Below, piece by piece: positions 13,290 to 25,546 of a stretch of DNA of 64,000 bases. The notes under the pieces are model-generated. The model saw nothing but the letters and a program-made list of their open reading frames with translations, was not told the origin of the DNA and did not search any database. A program made the position numbers and the translations under genes. This DNA is from Lama glama (Eukaryota). Every line of letters begins with the position of its first letter. The stretch's first letter is position 1. The stretch spans positions 70,186,001 through 70,250,000 of the forward strand of contig CM052816.1 in the NCBI GenBank assembly GCA_028534125.1. The letters are read 5' to 3'.

Positions 13290-13590
13290 AAGATTTTATT
13301 TTTTAGAGCATTGTTAGATTCATAGCAGACTTCAATGGAACATACAGAAATTTCTGATATATCCCCTGTCCTTATGCAAGCATAGCCTTCTTCCATTATC
13401 AACTTTCCCAAACAGAGTGGTATATTTGTTATAATTGATGAACCTATACGGGCACATCATTATCACTCAGAATTCATAGTTTACATTAAGGTTCATTCAC
13501 TCTTGGTATTTTGACAAATGTATGATGACATGTATCTCCCATTATAGTATCATATAGAATAGTTTGCCCTGAAAATCCTCTGTGTTTTAT
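13290..13590 (-). mobile_element. L1MC1/2-like 3' end
   Basis: 'agagtggtatatttgttataattgatgaacctatac...catcattatcactcagaattcatagtttacatt' matches recalled L1MC1/2 3'UTR. Confidence 0.75.
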
Positions 13591-14409
13591 CTCTGTTTTT
13601 GTTTTTCAATTCCCCTCCCCCCTTTTAACCTTCAATTTGATTACTTAAAAGTAATTCTATTTTTAATTTATTATATTGGCTTTTAGCTATAAACATTTTT
13701 TGTGGTGGTTATAGGGGATTACATTATACATTCTTAACTTTTTACCATCTTCTTTTAGTTAGTATTGTATAATTTCAGGTGATGATACAGATCCATTGTA
13801 ATGATATAGATCCATTTACTTATCCCTTCATGTCTGTTGGTAATTGATTCCCTTAGTTGTCTTTCTTCTGAAAATGTCTTTGTTTCACCTTCATTCTTGA
13901 AGGATGCTTTGCTATATATAGAAGTCTTGGTTGAGAGTCCTTTTGCTTTCAGTATTTCAGAGATCTTATTTCATTGTCCTTTGTCTTCCACAGTTTTGGA
14001 TAAGAAGTCAGAATGATCCATGGGTTTTCTAAGGCTGCTTTCATTTTTTCCCCTTTTTATTTGATTTTCAACACTTTGACTCTAATGTGCTGACTTTTGG
14101 TTTTCTTTGCATTTGTCCTATTAGAATTAACTGATCTCTTAAATCTATGGATGTAAGCCTCTCATCAAATTTAAGAAGTTTTCAACTATTATTTTTTCAA
14201 ATATTTATTTTGCTCCATTCTCCCTGTCCTTTTTTCTTTCTGCTTGTATTCGTATGATCATGTGGTTTTTTATTTTTCCTTTAGTTTGCTGATGTGGTGG
14301 ATTACATTAATTGATTTTCAAATGTTGGACCAGTCTTGCATACCTGGTTGTGGTATATAGTTCTTTAAGTTCACTATCTTCAATTTCACTATTGCTGTCC
14401 TCTACCAAC

Positions 14410-15700
14410 TTATTTTTTAAAAAGAGCTTTATTGACATATGATCTACATGCCATAAAGTTCAGCCATTTTTAGTGTACATTTCAGTTATTTTTAGTAGAT
14501 TTATGTAGTTGTGCAGCCATCACCATAATTTTAGAACAATTCATTACCCTGAAAAGCTCCTTTGTGTCCATATTTGCAATCACTACCTGTTTCCACCCCA
14601 GTCCCAGGCAATCATTGATCTGTTTTCTGTCTCTCTAGTTTTGGCTTTTAGGGGGATTTTCATATAAATAGAATTGTGCAATATGTGGTCTTTTGAACCT
14701 GGGTTTTTTCACTCAGCATAATTTTTTAAAAATTAAGATGACATTCACATAAAATACAATCAACCTTTTAAAAGTGTATAATTCAGTGGCATGTAGCATT
14801 TAGTACATTCACAATATTGTGCAACCACTATGCTTGTTTTCAGAACTTTTTCATCGTCCCAGAAGAATACCTTGTACCCAATAAATAATCACTCTTCATT
14901 ATCCCCTCCCCACTTTCCCCTAGCAATCATCAGTCAGCTTTCTGTCTCTATGGATTTATGTATTCTGAATAGCTCATTCTGCAGAAAATGAATCATACAG
15001 TATTTAAGATTTTGTGTCTGACTTACTTCATTAAAAAGTTTTTTCAAGCTCATCCAAGCTGTACCATATGTCAATGCTTCATTCCATGTCAAGGCTGAAT
15101 AATATTTCACTGCATGGATATGCTGCCATTTGTTTATTTGATCATCTGTTGATGGACATTTGGGCTGTCTACCTTTTGGCTGTTGAGAATAACATTGTTA
15201 TCAACATTTATGAACAAGTGTCTGAGTACCTGCTTTCAATTTTTTGCGTTCCACTTCACCTAGGAGTGGAATGCTGGGTCACTTGGTAACTACATAGACC
15301 TTCTTGAGGAACCACCAAATGGTTTGCCACAGTGACTACACCATTTTACATTCCCTCCAGCCATGTTCAAGGATTCCTGTTTCTCTGCATCATTGCCAAC
15401 ATTTGTTTCCCATTTTTTGGATGAAAGGCATAAAAGGAAAAGTTACTCATTCTGATGAAGTCCAGTTTATCTATTTTTACTTTTATTGCTTGTGATTTTG
15501 GTGTCTAATATAAGAATCCATTGACAAATCCAAGGTCATGAATATTTACTCCTGTTTTTTCTAATAAAACTAATTTAAAAACTTAAAAAAAATAGTTTTA
15601 GCTCTTTTTCTAAGGTCATTGATCTATTTTGAGTTAATTTTTGGTAACATTTCAACTTTTTTTTTTTTTTTTGCATGTGGATATCATGTTGTCCCAGGAT
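14410..15700 (-). mobile_element. Two stacked L1MB-like 3' fragments (about 14410-14725 and 14735-15700)
   Basis: The antisense 3'UTR motif 'aagtgtacaattcag...gttgtgcaaccatcac' occurs twice; the second copy continues into ORF2 C-terminal sequence. Confidence 0.75.
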
Positions 15701-17461
15701 ATTTATCATCTTTATTCTATTTTTAAGCCAATCTTACGTATTTTTATTTTAGATACTGTATTTTTCAGTCCATGAATTTCTGTTTGGTTCCTTTGTATAG
15801 TTTCCATTTATCTCCTGAGATTTTTTTTTTGTCCTTTTGTTACTTTGTATTTTCCTTTACCTTATTGAATATTATTTAAATAGTGGTTTTATATTGCTCA
15901 TTGGATAATTCCAACATCTGATTCAACTCAGGGTTTGCTTCTGTTTATTGTCTTATCCCTTGAGAATGGGTAAAATTTTCCTAGTTCTCTATATGTAAAT
16001 TAATTTTGGATTATATTCTGGATACTGTGAACATTATGCTGTGTATACTCTGAATTCTGTTATATTTCTCTAAAGATTATTCATGTTTCTTTGTTAACAG
16101 ATAGTTTACTTGGTTAGATGCAACTAACCAATTCATTTAAGACTCCATTTTATTGGTGTTCTCAATAAACTTGGAGAATAACTTTGTCTTTTCCTGTGGT
16201 ATATGGCAGATTAAATAAGAGTTTTATTCTTTTAGCTTTAGCTGCAAGTTGCTTTGAGTCTTTCATGAACATACATAGTTCAGAGGTCAGCAGAAGACTA
16301 GGGTAGAGTTTATACACAGAATTTGGGGATCCCTTCTCTCAGTTTCTTCTTTCCATGATTTCCCCTTCATTTTCAGGTAGTTGTGTTTACTTTGGCTCTG
16401 TCCTCTGGTTCTTCAGATTAGGAAGATAAAAGGTTTTCTAACAAAATTTTAGCCACTCTGTAACAACAACCTGTTCTCTGGATAAAACCACAAAAATAGA
16501 AGACTCGTCCTGTACTGTTCCCCTTTTTGAAATTCCAACTCCTCCCGGTGCCTGCCTGATCTTATTAACTCTGTAGAGCTTTGAGGTAGTTGGTTTTTGT
16601 ATTTGTCCAGAATTTATATTTGTTATTTCAGGTAGTTTTGTATGTTAGGAATGTATTCCATTATACTGAAAACAAAACACTTTTAGCCTCTGACTTCTAC
16701 TGAGAGTCTCTAGACTGTACCGCAACCCAATGACTTCCAAATAAAACAGTGCTTAGCTTCTGAAATTCCATTGTCTCATCAATGAAATGGAGTCTTAAGT
16801 GAATCTAGACATGTAAAATGTTAGGCAGATAAATGTTGATTTTTCTGAGATTTCCTTCTCTTCTTCTATAATGAGGCTCAATCTCTAATCCTGGATTGTC
16901 CATTTTCAAACCATAATTTCTGACAGCATTTCCAGAGTAGAAACTCTAGCTTTTTTTATTTTGTTGAATTTAGATGAGATCTGCCCCAGTACCCTTACTT
17001 AGTAGGAATAAATAAGATAAGAGGAAATTATCTTACTTTTAGTAAAGACAATAGCTTAAAATTGAATTATAAACATTTCTTTTCTTATAAATCCTTTAGT
17101 TATTTCCACCACTCTCCCAATTTTAGGCAGTTTTGGTAGGTCATCCCTTCTACCAGAACTATTTGTGTTGCTCCTCTCCCTTTTCTTCAATTTTCTCTGG
17201 CTAGTTCATTGGCCTTCCAAAAGTATTATTCATTTCATATGCAGAGAAGTTTAGTTATAATCTTGTCTCATTCCCAGTTAATACTCCAAAGACTCTCCCC
17301 CCTACCCCAAATAAAATAGCCAGCAAGTGTTGGATTAATTGAACACAGTTCTACCCCAATGAAGAATATTATGACCAACTCTTAAGCAGGGATTTTTGTT
17401 GCTGTTTTTTTTTTTTTTAAATTCCCATCACATTTACTCTACCAGGGAGTGAAAATGACAT

Positions 17462-17800
17462 ATACAGCCTTACAAAATCTTATTTGCAATTCTGAAATCC
17501 AAAAAGCTGGGAAAACTGGAATTTTTTCTACAAGTTTAGTGCAGATTCATTTGGCTGCAAAACTTAACTGCAAATAATATAAGGCTTTTCATAGTCTTTC
17601 ATTATCAGTTTAATATGAACATTCATGCATGTCATTGTAGAAATACTGATGTGCTTGTTTATGGGGTACTTGCTCTAGATTCCAACATTGGTGTTTCATA
17701 ATATATGACACCATACTTATATTACCTATCTAAAATTTGAAAATTTAAGATTTATAAAACACATCTTTCCCTAAAAATTTTAAATGAGGGATTGCAGACC
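17462..17800. mobile_element. MER46C-like TcMar-Tigger non-autonomous element
   Basis: 'caattctgaaatccaaaaagct' start and 'aaacacatct...ggggattgcagacct' end; degenerate TIRs. Confidence 0.6.
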
Positions 17801-18945
17801 TACATTATGAAAAAATACTTTGGAACATATTCATGTCTTATATTTTATAATTGGAAAGTTACATTCCATAAAAGCAATTATTTGTAGATATATTTACTAT
17901 TGAATTAACTAAAAAAAACACTGCAAATTAAATTCATACATAAGAAACTAAGCTAACATTAATTTATATTTAAATAGCAAGAAAAGCAGCAATTAAAAAA
18001 ACATAATCCCACTTGTCAACAACATACATAATCCCACTTGCCCAAGCTGCAGGAATTCTAACTTTCTGCACATCTGCATGTGAAGTACAAACAATTCAAC
18101 ATTTCAAAGATTGAATAATAGACTTGATGGAAAAAAAAGGTCCTCAGAAAACTGTAAGCATCAGTTAATGTTAACTATGAATATAAAACTAGTCACTTTA
18201 CTGGTTATAAGATAATGACTCTTAGTCTTAAGATATGTAAAGATGGAAGTCAAAAGAGTTTATCTTCTCACTCTTAATATAGGACTTTCATTTTTATGGT
18301 TAATTCTTAACCCATTAGGATTATCTGGTAGGCCAGAAACCATACTATAAAAGTGATTGATCTAGAATCACAGTTATCATATTTTTTGGTGGGAATGAAG
18401 AAGGGTGGTAAGAATAAAATTTTCCAACACAGTCATTGTAAACATCAGAGCAGGTGTAAACAATGAGATATTTACTTTGTGGATATTCATGGAATTAACA
18501 TTAGCAAATATAAGGGAAATACTCTGTATAATTAAGCTTTGATGCAATTCACAGGACCCAAAAATCACCCAGTTTCTCACCATTTTACCACAATTCCAGG
18601 TGGACGTTTAAAAATGGTGCAGGAAGGTAAGTTACATTGGTAGCAACAAGAATAGGTCAGAACTCTAGAATTGTTTTGGGTAACTGGACCCATGGTTAGA
18701 ACTTTGTAACTTTATAGTATAAAATAAGCCTAATGAGTTTTTTATATTGAGAATTAGTGAGGGAGGAGAGAATTTTAATTCAAATAAAAATTTCAGTGAA
18801 ATTATGCAATTACCTTTTAAACCTCTGAGCTTGAGATTATACTGACACATCTTTGGGGCCCTGACTTAAATCACCATAACTCCTGGTCAGATGTGTACAT
18901 TTTCATTTTTCTTGGTTTAAAAAGCTGTGCAAGGCTTGGTCTTTG

Positions 18946-19408
18946 ATTCAAAAAGATACATTCATCCCAGTGTTCATAGCAGTATTATTTACAATAACAA
19001 AGATATGGAAGCAACCTAACTGTCCATCAACAGATGAATGAGTAAAGAAGATGTGGTACATATATACAATAGAATATTACTCATCCATAAAAAGGAATGA
19101 AATTTTGCTATTTGCAACATCAATGGACCTGGAGGGTATTATGCTTAGTGAAACAAGTCAGAGAAAGACAAATACGGCATGCTATCACTTATCTGTGGAA
19201 TCTAAAAAAAAAAAAAGAAAATGAATGAATGAATATAACAAAACAGAAATAGACTCACAGATATAGAGAACAAATTAGTGGTTACCAGTGGGGAGAAGGA
19301 GGAGGAGAGGGGCAGGATAGGGTCAGGGGATTAAGAGGTACAAATTACTGTGTGTAAAATAAATAAGCTACAAGGATATATTGTATGGCACAGGGGATTT
19401 AAAAAAAA
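18946..19408 (+). mobile_element. LINE-1 ORF2 C-terminus/3'UTR fragment
   Basis: 'cccagtgttcatagcagtattatttacaata...gaagcaacctaactgtccatcaacagatgaatg'; ends in A8; no TSD found. Confidence 0.9.
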
Positions 19409-22400
19409 CCAAGAAATGAATAATGAAAGTACTGCCCTCTAGCAATAGCTCAAAAATTGCTGTGACTCTTTAAAATGCTTACCTAGTCTAACAGGACACA
19501 CCTAAAAATGGCAGTCAGTGCACTAGCATAGCATTCAGAGACATAAAGCCTAGTGATTCCCAAGGCTGTCACAGTCTTTATTCCTTCCCTCTTTTTTCTA
19601 ATTCCTCACCACAGCAGGCTGGATAAAGTTGACCTGTGTTCCTAGTGAGGTCGGCCAGGCTTGGTCTAATGTCCTGTGGTTTAGGACTAGTCATGCCAAA
19701 ATCAAGAAGTAGAATATGTTTGAGTTTAAAGGGTAAAAATGAACGGTTAGAATAAAAATGGTAGTAATTGGGTAAACAATGCAGTAGGAATAGGAAATAA
19801 AACCAGGGCCAGGAACAGAGTAAAGTGGTCCAGGAAAATTTTTACAAGAGTCTGTGACTCATTGCTTTTGTCCACCAAACTGTATGATGCATGGGGAGAT
19901 TGACCTGGCATGAAGGAACAGATTTGAGTTAAGGCATAGAGGTAGATATATTGGAAATAACACTTGAACTTGTCCTCTCACTCTTAAGGTATATAATCTG
20001 AGGAAATAATCCAACTTCTTTAAGTATCAGTTTCCACATCCATAATATGTAAATATATGCTTTATAGTGTGTGTCTGTGTGTATGTGTGTGTGAAAATCA
20101 AGAAAGATTAAGCAAGATAAGCTGTTTCGCCTGTTACCTAGAGGATTTGGTAAGTTTGTTGAAATGTCTTCTTATGAATGCTAGATCAATATTTGAAGTC
20201 TACTCACCTTTTGAAAAGCCATGCGTTTGGAATATTACCAAAGGTATTGAGATAGCAATCTTCTTACGGTTCATCATTATTCAAATGTGTATTGGGCACC
20301 AATTTGTGTAAAGTACTATTCTAAGTGCTCATGACTTATAGATAAAAGAAATACAATCTAAAAGAGAAATTAAGATGTGTGTCGTGCTGTCTGTCTTCCA
20401 GCTGTAATAATGTAAATAACTGTGATTTTAAATAGAAAGTAATTGGTACAAGGAGAGAAGATAAAAGTGCCATAGGCATTCAAAGACAAGAAAGAACATT
20501 CATCTGAGGCTGTAGAAATACAAGGAAGGCAAAATGGAGAGTGGGATGTACATGACATTTCCTTTACAAATCAGTGTGGCACAAGTATATTCTAGATGAT
20601 ACTTTTACATGCATATTTTTTCTGCTGCTTCACTTTAACATTTCAAAATTTCAATTTTCCTATAGTTGTGTAATAAATTTTAAAAGTTTCTTTTTTTCTT
20701 AAAAATATTTATTTTTTGCCATTTACAGAATCTAATAATGTACCTATTAAACTTATGATGATAGTACTGAGATCTGGGTGATCCCAGAATAGTGCTAACA
20801 GTAGGTTAAATTGTAGTAGCTTTAATTCTTCTGATAAAAACTGTGAGACTGCCACATTTGAGGACTGGTTTCTCAGCAACATAAACAGTTGGCTTCAGGA
20901 ACATCTTGTTCTGAAGCAAATGCTTAAAGTTATCTTGATACAAGCAAATTTATTTAGAAAGTGAGTGGGGTTGAATCCTATGCAACTGTTTAAGTTCGAC
21001 ATCCTTGTGAGAGGGATACTTACTAAAAGATAAGGCTGCAAATGGCAGAGAAGTTCCAGAGGAGAGATTTAAAGAAAAAATAGAACATGGAAACCATTTA
21101 AAATTAAAAGTTAGTGAAGTCATGGAAATTGTTAATCTTTGGAAGACAGTTCCGAACTCTGTTCAGGAAAAAGTCATGTAGAACTCAACTACCTCTCAGG
21201 GATTTGAATCTCAACCCCTCTTACTTAGTTCCTTTCAGTTCCCCACAAATACTGTTTACTATCCAAAAATCTTGGACTGAAAAAATACCAAAGTTCTGAC
21301 TTCCTATAACTGCAACATGTACCATCATTTACAAAAAAAGTTGTACAGAAATTGAATTACTTGGAGTGAGGGAGGCAAGTCTGAACTGTTGAAAAGTTCA
21401 AAAGTGAGACATAAAGAAAGACGTCATAATTTTCAAAGGCATGGAATACTTTGAATTACCTGTAAACAAAGCTTTGTCAAGGCGATAGAAGGCCTGCTGT
21501 GTTTGGGTGAATAGATAAGATGGCATTTGAAATAACACATTAATTGTTTATATACAAATGAATGCTATTACATAGTGCTTGAAAACAGTTTGTTCTAAGT
21601 AGGTCAAGCATTCCCCCCTGAAACCTTGTTTACATCAGAGAGATTTAACTAACATAAGTTGGTTTCTTTACAAATACTGCAAAAGAAGCGCAAGTCAGAT
21701 ATCACAAATTCCAAATTAACATAGATCAAATTAACGAAAAACTGTTATGTTTTACGTATGCATTAAAGTTAATAATATTTTGCTGTTCTTAATCAGTTGA
21801 TAATCTGAATATATCCACTGGTTGAAAACAATTTTATTAAATATTTGAAATGCTTTACTGAAAAAACTTCAGATGATGTAATACAGACGCAAAATTCTGG
21901 ATCATGGCCCCCTTCCATCAACATTTAGCTTAATTCTCTCATATTTTAAAGGCATGAACACTCAGCTGTGAGTTGTAATGGGCAGAGGTGCTGGAATGCT
22001 CAGGTCACCACCATGTTCTCTTTTTGATATCTTTGCCAATCTGTATGCCTAAGCTTACTCAAAAGGCAAAAATGGGAGAAACAAGCCAACATTGAAGTTC
22101 CTTTTTAAATATTTTATTCTCATTTCACCTGTGTGAATGACCTTAAAAATTACCCTAGGTAATGCCAGCCATGCTCTTTGCAGTCTGTTTCCCTGAGGAC
22201 ATTTGTCACAAAACAGGTCTGCGTGCATACTGTCTTCCTTGGAAAATTTCCTTTGAGTTTTTTTCTTTTTTCTTTTTTTTCTCATCCCTCCCTGAATCCT
22301 GATGGGTTGAATCCTCATTGCCAGGCTTAGCAGAAGCCAAACTGTAATCTTCCTTCTAGTACAACACATAAAATAACAATATTGTAGCTTTGAACCAGAA

Positions 22401-23989
22401 CTTGAACCTTCTTGATTTATTAAAAAAAAGAAAAAGATAATTGTTGACTTAAAGTTGAACTAGAACTTTATTTTCAAACTAAAGAATAAAATGAAATCAA
22501 TCCCCTTGGTTTTTCTTTTCTTTTCTTCTTTTTCTTGGGGAGAGTGACTTCTTTATTAAATAAAACCACTTTATAAGTGAAACAAAACCCATGTACAAAT
22601 GACTGAAATAGAAGGACCAAGATTTATTCTCTTCCCTTTTTCACCCAAAGAATTGTTTCTAAGAGATCTGAAGACTTAAACATGATTTCCTAAAATAACC
22701 AGCTAGCAATTCTGCAAAAAGGAAACAAAAATAAATACATCTTCTTAGAAGTCAGTTATAATTTCCCTTCTCATCCCCCTCCTTTTGCTTACATGCTCCT
22801 TAACCCCTATCCTTCTCTGCCCCCATTCCACCTCCTTTGGAGCTAAGGATCTGGAGAAAAAAGTTGCCTGGGATGGTCTCCCCTTCTCTTGGCAGCTGAG
22901 GTTGCCACTTGAAATATTTCTCATACAGGTTACTTCAGGAGATTGGGTGAATTAATGCCTTAAGATGGCATTGATCCATAAAAGATCCCTAAATAATTGC
23001 TGCTAACAGGACTGGTTTTGTGGTGGATTAAATGTATTAGAAATAAATTGTACCTAAATTTGAAGAGAACAGTTGGAGGTTGACTTGATTTCTTTTAGTT
23101 TCCTTTCAAAAGAATGATTAGTTTACTTCCAAGGAAGTTTATATTTTTCTTACATTAATGCACTTTTGGGTTATATTTAGCTCTGAGCCTGTCCCCCATG
23201 ACATTCATGGCCAATATGGACAAATTAAGCCCTTTGTTTAATTAACTTCTTTTTGTAATTTAGACGGAATGATGTCTTGGTAATAGAGTGATCTTATTTC
23301 CTAATTTCACATCACAATGGATTTAGGTTTAGCAAGATTTTGTCTGAGGGTTGTAATCTTGATGAGTTTTTCTATTTATCTGCTAATCTATGTTTTTCTT
23401 CCTTTTGAGACCAATGATAGCTGACCGCTGGTTCACAAGATCAGGTTGTAATTCTTATGTCTAACTCTGACTCTGACTTACAGTTATGTCTCTGGATAAA
23501 CTGGGTAACACAGTGTACCTTACTGAAGGGAGAAAAAATTGAGAAGAAATTTGCTTCTGGTCAAGCACATGATACTTCCCTCTTAGAGGACCTTTACAAG
23601 TATGTTTATTTATGAGTTCAGATTTTAGAGAATCAGCTTCCCTAAGAGATAAAGAAATTCTTTTTTTTTGGTTTTAGAATGGAAAAAAGAGTGAAATTTC
23701 AGAAATAAACGCTTTATCTTTTCTCCTGACTATTTTCAGTGTACCCCCGGTAACCTGCTGCTGAAAGTCCTAGTCATAATTAAGGAGAGGACATTTTAAA
23801 AATAAACTTTTAATGTTTAGAACAGTTTTAGATTTATGGCTGGTATGTGCCACAGTCCTTTCTGACCAATGACAGTGTGTATTTTTTTGATTGATATAAC
23901 TTGCCTATCTTGATAAATTCACTCTCACCAGTTAACACCTATACTAAATTATGCTCATACTAGTGAATTATCTTTTCTGTGATAAAGAG

Positions 23990-24480
23990 GTGGTGTAATT
24001 TTTTGCTTCTATATGAACTGGTGTTTTAAAATAGTTTAACAAGACATTTCGGGTTAAAAAAATAAGTACAGAAAATAATTAAATATACTTCTGTCTGTCC
24101 CAACCTGGCTTAAGAAATAAGACCTTGTAGTTACTACTTCCTTCTTTCCTTGACAAAGGTAACCATGTCTTGAAATGTTTATGCAAGTTTTTATATTTTA
24201 CTAAATTTTCATACATCCTTAAATAATATATAGTATTGTTCTGTATATTTTTAACTTTATATAAATGTTCACATATCAAATATAGTTTTACTTTTTTTTA
24301 CTTAACTATATATTTTTGATATTTTCCCATATTGTATTAGTTTATTCATTTTCATTGCTATACTTCAGTTATATGAAAATAGTATTTTTTCATTCATTCT
24401 CTTGTTGGTGATGGTCATTAAGTTTGTTTCTAAATTATTTTATTAATAAAAACACTAGTGTAGTGAAGACAAATAAATTC
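23990..24480 (-). mobile_element. Old L1ME-type 3' fragment
   Basis: Degenerate antisense motifs 'catccttaaataatatatagtattgtt', 'ttattcattttcattgct', 'cattcattctcttgttggtg'. Confidence 0.55.
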
Positions 24481-24836
24481 TTTTGATTTTTTTTTGATTT
24501 ATGGGCATACCTCTTCCCCCTGCCCCACCTCCACCCCCTACCTTTGTTGTAGATACAGCTCTGACCCTCACCCACCCAGGGTTGTTCTGTTCCCCAGAAC
24601 AACCTTGGAGAAAAAATTTTATTTTGATTTAGCATACCAAGGTATTTCCTGTTTGTTACCAGCATAAATATATGTGCAGTGTTGATAATGCATTGCTGAT
24701 TTCGTGATCTCTACATTATTCTGGTGTAAGTAGTCTTGTTTAATGAGATCCTTGGTATTGACAGTTTTTTTTTCCATTCATTCAAATAATGATGGTCAAG
24801 TCACAATCTTTGACATTTAAATTGCTTACTTTATTG

Positions 24837-25546
24837 TAGGGTTTTTCAAACTGCCAATCAAAACCATTAGTTTGTAATAAAATCTTATTAGTGGGATATA
24901 CACACACATACACACATATATACATGTACACAGATGTATTTGGCCCTGATTATTTGTGGATTTTGTATTTGCGATCGACCTACTCCCTAAAATTTATCTG
25001 TAACCCAGAAACCAATACTAATGCTGCTTTTGCAGTCATTTGGAGACATACAGAGAGCATTAAAAAATTTGAATCTGCCTGTGCACATGCTCCCAGCTGA
25101 GATCAAACAAGGTAATACTCTATCTTTACACTCTACCTTTTTGTTTTATTCTCATACTCTAAACAAGTATCCTTTTTGCCTCTATTTAGTACCATTTTTT
25201 TTTGCATTTTTGTTGGTGATTTTGATGTTTCATATGGCACCCACTTGGTTAGTGTTCGCTAATTCAGTGTTCCCAGTGACAGAACACTATAGAATTTATA
25301 GAATTTACTATATAGTTTATAATAGAAAATATAATATATAAAATATAATGTATTAAATATAAAATATAATACAAAGTATCAGAATGTATTTCAATTGTGG
25401 GTAAAAATTCTATTATGTGACATTTTGTTTCAGATATTTATGTATATAATGTGAATATATATGTCTATGTGGTCTGAGTAATTGTGTAGAATTATGTAAA
25501 ATGTATTTCTTACTCTTTGTCATGGTAGAATGTTTCAAGCCACTGT
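24837..25546. mobile_element. MER112-like hAT-Charlie element, interrupted by a Tigger element
   Basis: Left end 'agggtttttcaaactg...ccattag...ttagtggg'; right end 'atgtaaaatgtatttcttact...tttcaagccactg'. Confidence 0.6.
24935..25300. mobile_element. MER82-like TcMar-Tigger element with internal deletion
   Basis: 'cctactccctaaaatttatctgtaacccagaaaccaatact', 'cccagctgagatcaaacaagg', 'ttcgctaattcagtgttc' match recalled MER82. Confidence 0.75.

Larger units (their letters stand above)
13205..16680 (-). mobile_element. Old L1ME-type 5'/ORF1 remnant interrupted by several younger L1M fragments
   Basis: Antisense L1 ORF1/5' motifs at 13850-14230 and 15720-16680 (e.g. 'ggataattccaacatctg', 'tcagaggtcagcagaagactaggg'). 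Confidence 0.6.
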
